From an uncultured delta proteobacterium (GTDB lineage Bacteria; Desulfobacterota; Desulfomonilia; UBA1062): a stretch of DNA of 21,086 nt. The stretch covers positions 1 through 21,086 of the forward strand of contig CAWCTR010000029.1 in assembly GCA_963798485.1 (NCBI GenBank), in the 5' to 3' direction. Below, in pieces: positions 1-7,501 of the stretch. How positions within the stretch are numbered: position 1 is the stretch's first letter; the number at the start of each line of letters is the position of its first letter. The translations under genes and the position numbers were made by a program. A model generated the notes under the pieces. The model had not been told where the DNA came from. It made no database searches and saw nothing but the letters and a program-made list of their open reading frames with translations.

Positions 1-171
1 ACGGGGATACGGGGTCGGACCAAGCTAACTCTCTGATATTCAATAAATTGGGTTTCAAAATGAGCTATTTTTAGGGCTTAAAGTGCCTATTTAAGGGTTA
101 AAACCAGTGCTGTAAGATAGTTACTTATCTTGGTCCAAAAGTCATCTTGGTTTATGAGTTCATGTATTACC

Positions 172-436
172 TTAGTGTACCGTCCCGGACATTTCTATCA
201 GGAGGAAATAGAGCATCGATTGTGTCTCTTCAGAGCAATGTTCCAGCTTATCCAGGATGTAGCTGACCGTATCCGCCGTACTTCGTGAAAACCAGTCGCG
301 GCAACCCTCTTGGGTTATTTCATCCTCGATGAATTCCTGCAGAGATGCTCAAATGATCTCTGATTTCCGGACAAAGGATTCCTGAGGGATAGAGTATATC
401 TGAGCATATTTTCCTAATGTCATCTATCTTCTGCAT
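172..436 (-). CDS. small hypothetical protein (~87 aa), split by one frameshift near 349-352
   Basis: Not in the ORF track. GGAGG RBS at 446-450 and ATG at 436 give MQKIDDIRKICSDILYPSGILCPEIRDHL. A second frame continues ASLQEFIEDEITQEGCRDWFSRSTADTVSYILDKLEHCSEETQSMLYFLLIEMSGTVH to TAA at 172-174. The span is 265 nt (3n+1). Confidence 0.5.
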
Positions 437-726
437 GGATATTTTCCTCCTGATGTCTCAGTTGTAGATGGATATATGGGGACAAGCTGTTCTGTAATGA
501 ATTGATCTGCCCCATTATAGAAATATATCGGTAAAGATTGGGTGTTACATGAAAGATGAAAATCTTTGCAGAGCAGAGGGCAGAGCCTTTTCATGAGCGG
601 ACCTGCGGACGGAAGACACTAATCCGAAATGGCCAACCTCATGGTGCCTACCATTGCGTCAAACCTGCATGCCCTTGGGGACCTCGGATTGTCCGACGGG
701 TGGCAGGGATAGAACGTAGACCTACT

Positions 727-763
727 CGGGTGGCACGGGCAAGGCCTGAAAGGCTTGCCCGTG
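727..763 (+). repeat. REP-like palindrome, copy 1
   Basis: CGGGTGG-CACGGGCAA-G-GCCT-GAA-AGGC-TTGCCCGTG hairpin; a related copy lies inverted at 945-981. Confidence 0.7.
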
Positions 764-944
764 GGACAGGAGAAATCAACCCCAGCACACAATCTTCCCT
801 CATATTGTATGTTTTATCGATTACCTCCTTCAGAATCCAGTGAGGGAAGTACTCTCAGGTCATTGACTGGAAGTAGTCAGGTACATCATGATATGAGAAA
901 TGTGAGTGTTAAATCAGGATGACCTTGCCTTGGTAATCATGTCA

Positions 945-981
945 CATGGGCCAAGCCTTCGGCCTTGGCCCATGCCACCCG
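945..981 (-). repeat. REP-like palindrome, copy 2 (inverted)
   Basis: Minus strand reads CGGGTGG-CATGGGCCAA-G-GCCGAAGGC-TTGGCCCATG. Same 5' tail and bulged-G stem architecture as 727-763, with compensatory stem changes. Confidence 0.7.
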
Positions 982-1041
982 GTGATTTCTTTTATCTTGG
1001 TATTCACCTCAAGGGGAAATTGGGGTTAGATCTTTATGCGT

Positions 1042-1182
1042 TGTTGCTCAAATACCCATAGGTGAATAGGTGAAGAAACGAGATTCTTCACTTCGTTCAG
1101 AATGACAATTATCATAGTGAGATAGCGTGTCATCCTGAGCGTAGCGAAGGATCTCATAACCCATTTTATGGTTCGGGCAATA
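1042..1182. repeat. palindromic MITE-like intergenic element
   Basis: Inner inverted repeat 1080-1107 (GAGATTCTTCACTTCGTTCAGAATGACA) vs 1128-1155 (TGTCATCCTGAGCGTAGCGAAGGATCTC), 23/28 complementary. Weaker outer arms at 1042-1060 and 1167-1182. Confidence 0.65.
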
Positions 1183-1290
1183 GCCCGAATATTGACAATA
1201 AGCCTAGATCAAATGTCATGATTAAAGATCTGCCCCCATCCTGATTGATGTAGTATAATACCATTCCAAAGATAGTATGCGACGGAGCCG

Positions 1291-2081
1291 ATGATGAAAT
1301 ACAGAGCAACGTTTACAATCATGGCGATATTTTTTGTGGTCGGCCTCTCTTCGAGCGTCTTGGCATGGTCAAGCAAAACACATATGTTTATTGCTCAGGA
1401 AGCCGGCATGGCCGACCCTGTTTCGGCATGTTTCCCTGACTTCTCCAGGAATGAAGAATATAACCTCTTGGTGCCTTATCACTGGCATGATGCCGCACCG
1501 AATACCATTGTCACCCCGAAATATATAGACCGGTTCCAGGTATCGGAAGAGACGTATAGGGCAAAGCCCGATTTCCCCAGGTCGTTGCCGATGAAGATCA
1601 GGGTCCCTGATCCACGTGGGGTTCTGTATTGGGAAATTGTTGAGTTGTATAAAAATTTGAAGGCGTCGACTACGCAGTGGGAGCATGCTTATTATCTCAG
1701 CAACATAGCCCATTATGTGGCGATCTGTCTCAACCCCTTCACAATTTCCCCTATGACAGCTCTCCTGCCGGTGACGGAAAGGTTTATCCTGAACTGGGGA
1801 AATGGAACGAAGAGCATCACACCGAATTTGACAATGCCCTGGATTCCATCCTGCCTCTTGGCGCCAAAAAGAGGAAATATTTCCGGAAGATGATGATCCC
1901 GATTACAATCAATACCATTGATGATCTCAAGGCAGAGATATCCAAGGTGGCGAATAGCGCGATCAGCCTGGCTGATAAGTGTTATTCGCAAAAGCGAATT
2001 ATTTCCGAGGATGAGGCGTTGAAGCAGGTTGCCATGTCGGTTTCATTGCTCAAGGCAATTATGAAGAGCACGAAACAATAG
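1291..2081 (+). CDS. secreted zinc-dependent phospholipase C / S1-P1 nuclease superfamily protein (frameshift at ~1719-1720)
   Basis: Signal peptide ending VLA, then WSSKTH (Trp1/His6 Zn-ligand pattern), FPD and HWHD. Adding one G at 1719-1720 joins ORFs 1291..1893 and 1677..2081 into HYVGDLSQPLH...HHTEFD. GGAG RBS upstream. Confidence 0.75.
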
Positions 2082-2089
2082 GGGCAAGG

Positions 2090-3120
2090 TTAGAAATCAT
2101 TGATTGCATCAATAAGATTCCTGAGCCTGCCGAAATACCTGCGGTTGAAGTCTATCACAAGTCGCGGCAGATGAATAAGATCCGCATCATCCATTTCAGC
2201 TTCCAAAGCCCCAGATGCCGTGATGCTTCCCCCGGGCATAAGGATGTCATGAAACCGATCTGTCAGCTTGGCGATGTCATCAGGGCTGAGCTGGGAAGTG
2301 AGCCGGATTACCAGTTGGCCGTGCACATACCGGATGCTGTGATAGCGGCGATAGAAATGATGGATCTTCTCCACCGCATCATCCACGGAACATACCCTTT
2401 CAAAGAGCGCAAAGTCCGAAGCATGGATATAGTTACGGGCCAGCAGTTCTTCTTCGAAGAGCTTGACCATGTGGGACCAATATGAACACTCAGGGTTATC
2501 CACGAGCACGAGCGGCATGGGATTACGTTTGCCGGTCTGCAGCAGGGTGAGCGTCTCCATCGCCTCGTCGAGCGTGCCGAAACCCCCGGGAAGAGCGCCA
2601 CGGCGTCGGCTTCCTTAAGGAAGGCGACCTTGCGGTTGAAAAAATATTTGTACGTGATAACCCGCGGGTTACCCTCGAGCACAGCATTCGGCTTCTGCTC
2701 GAACGGCAGGCGGATGTTCACGCCAAAGGAATGCTCGGAACCGGCTCCCTCGTTGGCGGCCTGCATGATGCCTTCTCCCCCGCCGGTGATGACCATGTAC
2801 CCCTTATCAGCGAGCTTTTTTCCGAAGAGCTTTGCCATCTCATATAACGGATCGCCCGGCTGAGTACGCGCCGACCCGAAGACCGTGACCTTGCGAACGT
2901 TGTGGTAGGGGCCGAAGACCTTGGAGGTAAACCGCATCTCCTTGAGCGTTGTGTTCATGAGCTTGAGGTCCGCGCTCTTGTCATCCTCCTGCCCGGCCTT
3001 GAGCGAGGCGATAATCAACTCCCGGACGTATTTCGGCCTCTGGATACCCTCGGCGGTCTCGAGCAATTGCTTGATAATCTCGTCAATGGGGCCGTTATCT
3101 TTGTCGAAATAAATCTTCAT
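2090..3120 (-). CDS. LOG family (TIGR00730-like) nucleotide phosphoribohydrolase / Rossmann-fold protein (frameshift at ~2583-2587)
   Basis: VTVFGSAR, ITGGGEGIM, LPFEQ and YFFNRK motifs. One G missing in a G-run restores PGGFGTLDE and joins ORFs 2308..3120 and 2090..2560. Confidence 0.9.
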
Positions 3121-3195
3121 ACCTATTCTCCGTTTTCCTGCCGGTAACCGCCGGCTCAGGCTTCAAAGTACATGCCGACCAGTAAAAGTGAGGAC

Positions 3196-4410
3196 TCAAG
3201 GCCCTTGCCTTTCCGGCTTTAATTTCCCGTAATAGCACCGGAGAGGTCGTTCTTCTTCTGCAATAATGCAATAATTGCAGGAGATGCACTTTGATACCGT
3301 CTGCTTGCCTTCTTTCATTTTCTTCACAATAGTAGGTTCAATGATGAAAGGGCGGCACATAGACACCATATCGGCCTGCCCGTTTGCAATTATTTGGTTC
3401 ATATCATCAAGTGACCGCAATCCTCCGACAACAATGACAGGGACCGTTACATGGGCTTTGATAGCCTGGGCTGCCGGGACGTTGTAATTCGTTATCGGTC
3501 GTACCGGCGGCTTAACAATATCAGCAAACGGCTTTATCATTGCCTTTATGATAGGCGGCAGATCCTTAAACTTGAAGTGGTAGGCAAACAATGCTTCAAC
3601 AGGGATCTTTTCTCCACGCAAGGTATGAAAGCCGTCTTCAATCACTCCGCAGGACACTTCTATTGCCGAGCACCCTGCTTTTTCGAGAAGCTGTGAAATC
3701 CGGAGGGCTTCATCTATACGCATACCATTCCTGCGGCCATCGTATGCATTCATTTTTATCATGATGGGGTAGTCCGGATATTTCTTGCGGGCCCTCTGAT
3801 AGATTTCCTGAACTATGCGGAACCTGTTTTCTGTGGTACCACCCCATTTATCCTTACGGCGATTCATATAAGGGGAGAGGAATTCAGAGAGTAAGTACCC
3901 ATGAGCAGCATGGAGTTGTACCCCGTCAAATCCTGATTGTTGTGCCCTGCCTATTGCCTGAACGAAAGCATCTATAAGCTTTTCGATTTCTTCGCCTGAT
4001 AATTCATGGGGTCGCTCTTCACTGAACATTCTGTCCTTCAGGGCAGAAGGGGCGACCGGGGTTTTCCCGGTTCTCTTTGATCTTGTCTGCCGGCCGCAAT
4101 GAGCTAACTGCATGATGATAGGGTATACCATATTCATGGACGGCATCAACCAAAGGCTTGTGGGCTTCGATACAAAAATCCTTATCTATCCTCATCATCG
4201 CATGCGAGGTTATTCCATTATCCTGACGGCAGCAAAACCAGTGATGATCGCCCCTGGCTCACCCTCTGCCAATTTCCGGTACAACTTGATTAAATTCTTG
4301 GTAGGATAACCCTGTTCATCCGCCATCCCTTCATAGGTGGCAGAACGGATGATTCTGTTATTCAACCGTATTCCTGCAAGAGACACTGGGCTAAAAACGC
4401 CTATAGACAC
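3196..4410 (-). CDS. NADH:flavin oxidoreductase (Old Yellow Enzyme family), two compensating frameshifts at ~4225 and ~4122
   Basis: N-terminus LNNRIIRSATYEGMA; GFDGVQLHAAHGYLLSEFLSP, WGG..ENRFR and terminal CISCNYC. The hidden middle frame reads QDNGITSHAMMRIDKDFCIEAHKPLVDAVHEYGI, which joins PIIMQLAHCGRQ. GAGGAGG RBS before GTG 4410; total span is 405 codons. Confidence 0.9.
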
Positions 4411-4545
4411 AAAGTACCTCCTCGATAAACATACATTTCCTGGTTACATATCTTCACCCTATATAAGGTCACAATGAAGGATAGCTCAATAGCTGATTGT
4501 CGGGAGGGGGGAATTACGTGGACTGTCCCCTGTGGAAATAAAGAA

Positions 4546-4568
4546 CCGATTAATCACGAATTAATCGG
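4546..4568. promoter_or_regulatory. perfect 9-bp inverted repeat, possible operator upstream of the OYE gene
   Basis: CCGATTAAT-cacga-ATTAATCGG; function inferred from position only. Confidence 0.3.
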
Positions 4569-4607
4569 GATGCAAATGTATAGTTAGCTTGGGGGGATAT
4601 AGATAGG

Positions 4608-4750
4608 GAGACTTTTGCATAACCCTATGTCGGTCATTGCGAGCGCAGCGAAGCAATCCCTGCATCTTGGCACTTCTCTGGATTTATCGAGATTGCCACG
4701 TCGCCTTCGGCTCCTCGCAATGACCGATGAGTAGGTTATGCAAAGGTCTC
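4608..4750. mobile_element. 143-bp MITE with IS5-family-like terminal inverted repeats and an internal palindrome
   Basis: TIRs GAGACTTTTGCATAACC (4608-4624) and GGTTATGCAAAGGTCTC (4734-4750), 16/17 complementary. Internal perfect 14-bp IR TCGGTCATTGCGAG (4630-4643) / CTCGCAATGACCGA (4714-4727), plus GCAATC/GATTGC. No coding capacity. Confidence 0.75.
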
Positions 4751-4928
4751 ACAAAAAAGAAAAAGGAAAGATATCATCCAACTTCCCCATCACTTCTAAG
4801 GGGGTTATTACTTTCTTAGATACAGGAGGAGGGGTTCCCCCATTCTGCCGGGACATGTCTGTAGTCTGTCCATTGCAGGAAAAGATGAGAACCCCGAGGG
4901 TGCATATTAAAACTGCAACCCTCTTCAC
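4749..4928 (-). CDS. putative small lipoprotein (59 aa)
   Basis: Not in the ORF track. GTG 4928 gives MKRVAVLICTLGVLIFSC-NGQTTDMSRQNGGTPPPVSKKVITPLEVMGKLDDIFPFSFL*: basic N-terminus, hydrophobic core and lipobox-like IFSC. AAGGAG lies 10 nt upstream. Confidence 0.6.
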   Translation of the reverse strand: MKRVAVLICTLGVLIFSCNGQTTDMSRQNGGTPPPVSKKVITPLEVMGKLDDIFPFSFL

Positions 4929-4963
4929 CCTCCATTCACTCCTTAATTGTTACCTTACTGATC

Positions 4964-5269
4964 TTATTTTGCAGGTTCGGCTGCCGGCTTCTCGTCTGCC
5001 TTCTTCTCGTCTGCTTTCTTCTCGTCCATTTTCTTTACTGCTTTCTTAACCTTCTTAACCTTCTTTACCTTCTTTACCTTCTTGTCGACTGCCTTGGCCT
5101 TGTCAGGAGCTGCTACATCACCCTTAACTGCATCAGGGGCGGGTTTTGCAACATCGGCGGCGGCAGGAGCTGCTTTCGCTGCATCTGCCTTCGCTGCATC
5201 AGCTGCAAATACCATTGTTGCAAAACATACCAGTGCCAGTACTGCGATCATGCTAATAATCTTTTTCAT
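4964..5269 (-). CDS. secreted low-complexity Ala/Lys-rich protein
   Basis: GGAGG RBS precedes ATG 5269 (MKKIISMIAVLALVCFATMVFA, Sec signal). Mature part has ADAAK, (KKV)4 and (DEKK)-type repeats. Confidence 0.85.
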   Translation of the reverse strand: MKKIISMIAVLALVCFATMVFAADAAKADAAKAAPAAADVAKPAPDAVKGDVAAPDKAKAVDKKVKKVKKVKKVKKAVKKMDEKKADEKKADEKPAAEPAK

Positions 5270-5318
5270 GAACCTTACCTCCATAGTTTTTTATGATGAT
5301 GCCCTATATACATGGGAG

Positions 5319-5347
5319 AAGATTAAATGATCATTAAAATAAGATTA
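5319..5347 (-). promoter_or_regulatory. three 11-bp-phased direct repeats, putative OmpR/PhoB-family response-regulator site
   Basis: AAGATTA (5319), ATCATTA (5330) and AAGATTA (5341), just upstream of a TATATA -10-like hexamer (5305-5310) of the Lys/Ala-rich gene. Confidence 0.4.
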
Positions 5348-5588
5348 GAAAAATCTCATGTTTCAAAAAGAAGAGAAGGGACGGGGAGTTCGTATTCAGG
5401 GAAAATCGGGGATGGTTTAAGATTAATTGCAAATAATGTTTGAAAATGTTAATCCAGCCCTGATACCCAGGAGATTTTGATTGTCAATGAAGATATACGC
5501 AGATATTCTCCAGGATAAAGGAAAAAGGGCTGACCTCTAACATTAATTTCTCAGAACAAAAGGCGCATATCTTGTTGCAAAGGGCTTT

Positions 5589-7433
5589 TCAACCTCTCCG
5601 CTCAATACCCTCCCAGAATCGGTCTTCAATCTCTTTTTTACACATCTTTCCGTCGATATGGCGGGGAAGTGCCTCGACAAATTCCACGTACTTCGGGATC
5701 TTGTAACCGATGAGATTGAGTGTTTTCAGGTGCTCGATGATCTCGCCCGCCATGAGGACATGGCCGTCTTTGAGCTGGATCACCGCAGCAGGCACCTCGC
5801 CGAGCTCCTTGTGGGGGTAGCGCACCACGGCGACATCCAGGACCTTGTCATGTTTCTTTATAGCGGTCTCGATCTCGTTGGGGAAGATGTTCACCCCGCC
5901 GGTGATGATCATCTCTTTATCCCTGCCGGTGAGGTACAGAAACCCGTCTTCATCAAAGTGGCCCAAAAGACCGTCGTCGAACCAGGGCTCGCCATCCACG
6001 AGCCTGAATGCGCCCTCAAGTTTCTCGGGCGACCCCACATAGTTGAGGCCCACCGTGGTGAGGCTGCGGCTGAGGATACGGCCGTCCGTACCAGGCGGGC
6101 ACCAGGATCGGGTTTGTTCATCAAAGACCTTGGTTTCAGCACAGCGGATCTTACCGACGCTCTCATAGCGCTTGGGATTTTCCTCATAGTCTCCGGGCAG
6201 GAGGACGGAAGACACCCCTGTCTCGGAGGACCCGTAGAACTCGGTGAACACGTTTTTATTGCATCCCTGCCGTTTGAACAATGCATTGGTTGCCTTTTTG
6301 AGCTCTGGGGTTGCAGGGGCGGCTGCGCATATAATGGTGTGCATGGAGCTGAGATTGTAGTGATTTTTAACAGCGTCGGGCAGCGCAAGGATCCGCTCAA
6401 GCATTGCGGGCACGACAAAGATCCAGTTAATCCTTTCTCGTTCAATTATTTTGAGGATATCCTCAGGGTCAAACTTCTGCATGGGCACTCCGGTGCCGCC
6501 GAGCAGGATAAAGGGGACCCATCCTGCAATGGAGCCTGCATGGTAGAGAGGCCCCGGGATGAGGCAGCGCATATTCTTCGTAATGGGGTCTGATATTTCT
6601 GTTCCGCCGAACCAGTACATAAAGCTGAACTGGAGTACGAGGAGTCTGAGGTATTCCCCGAGCGGCACCTTGGGCGCTTCAGCCAGATCGCTGAAGGCAT
6701 AGCCGATACTGTCAAAGTAATTGACATTTTTAGGTGTGCCCGTAGTCCCGCCGGTGTAGGGATTCAATGCCACGGCGAAGTGGGTATCGGGCATGGTGCT
6801 TGGTGCGTGCGAGAGGAGCTCTTCGTAGTTTATAGCATCTGCCGGAGAGGCCTTGCCCACAACGATGTAGTGCTCGATGCTTGGCAGGGCGTCTTTCATG
6901 GGCAGGATCCTGTCCGCGAATTCGTCATGAAGGATAAGGACCCTTGGCTTTACGCGATTGATGGAATCCACAAGTTCACCACCATCCAGATGCCAGTTGA
7001 GGAAGGGCATGGGGCAGCCGATGAGCGAGCAGGCAAAAAAGGCCTCGAAGAATTCGTTTCCGTTATACAGCAGCTCGGCGCAGCGATCCTTGGGTTTGAG
7101 TCCGAGGGATTGAAGGGCATTGGCCAGTCTGAAGACCCTGTCCTTGAGCTGGTTATAGGTGTAGCGCGAACCTTCCGAGATGAGGGCCTCACGCTCACCG
7201 AAGACCTCCCACATGGATACCAGGAAGTTCGGGGTGATCTTTTCCAGCCTAAAGCTTGCCAGGGCCTTGATGGTTTTGATATGCCCGGTCTTGCTGCCGG
7301 TCTTCAGCAGGATACGAAGGGTATTCATAACTCCCCACTGCTTGTAGAATGTCTTCAGGAGCCCTTTGGTCTGTTCCATCGATGCCAGGGCGGGTATGGC
7401 GTTCATGAGATTCCTGAAACTCTTGTCCCCCAT
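5589..7433 (-). CDS. acyl-CoA synthetase / AMP-binding (ANL superfamily) protein with atypical motifs
   Basis: YTGGTTGTPKNV P-loop, PLYH, FYGSSET, GRDKEMIITGGVNIFPNEIE and terminal GKMCK. The (T/S)GD motif reads DGL. GGAGG RBS. Confidence 0.9.
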   Translation of the reverse strand: MGDKSFRNLMNAIPALASMEQTKGLLKTFYKQWGVMNTLRILLKTGSKTGHIKTIKALASFRLEKITPNFLVSMWEVFGEREALISEGSRYTYNQLKDRVFRLANALQSLGLKPKDRCAELLYNGNEFFEAFFACSLIGCPMPFLNWHLDGGELVDSINRVKPRVLILHDEFADRILPMKDALPSIEHYIVVGKASPADAINYEELLSHAPSTMPDTHFAVALNPYTGGTTGTPKNVNYFDSIGYAFSDLAEAPKVPLGEYLRLLVLQFSFMYWFGGTEISDPITKNMRCLIPGPLYHAGSIAGWVPFILLGGTGVPMQKFDPEDILKIIERERINWIFVVPAMLERILALPDAVKNHYNLSSMHTIICAAAPATPELKKATNALFKRQGCNKNVFTEFYGSSETGVSSVLLPGDYEENPKRYESVGKIRCAETKVFDEQTRSWCPPGTDGRILSRSLTTVGLNYVGSPEKLEGAFRLVDGEPWFDDGLLGHFDEDGFLYLTGRDKEMIITGGVNIFPNEIETAIKKHDKVLDVAVVRYPHKELGEVPAAVIQLKDGHVLMAGEIIEHLKTLNLIGYKIPKYVEFVEALPRHIDGKMCKKEIEDRFWEGIERRG

Positions 7434-7501
7434 GCATTACCTCCGTGTGCAAATTGCACTCACATACTATTCAACTTACGTGTTATATGGGCCATGTTTT
7501 T

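Noticed and set aside
549-719. Possible UGA readthrough ORF MKDENLCRAEGRAFS*ADLRT...
   Set aside because: No convincing RBS, SECIS hairpin or redox motif; unlike 19447..19605 it has no contextual support.
556-843. 95-aa ORF from the track
   Set aside because: No RBS, Arg/Pro-rich composition, runs through a REP-like hairpin, no recognisable motif.
1199-1212. CTAGATCAA half-match to the FNR box upstream of the nuclease gene
   Set aside because: The left half-site TAAGC does not match TTGAT.
4738-5049. 103-aa plus-strand ORF
   Set aside because: Starts inside the MITE and is antisense to two better-supported minus-strand genes.
4984-5083. 9-bp and 15-bp tandem DNA repeats, considered as CRISPR/VNTR
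   Set aside because: They encode the KKV and ADEKK protein repeats; no spacers and no cas genes.
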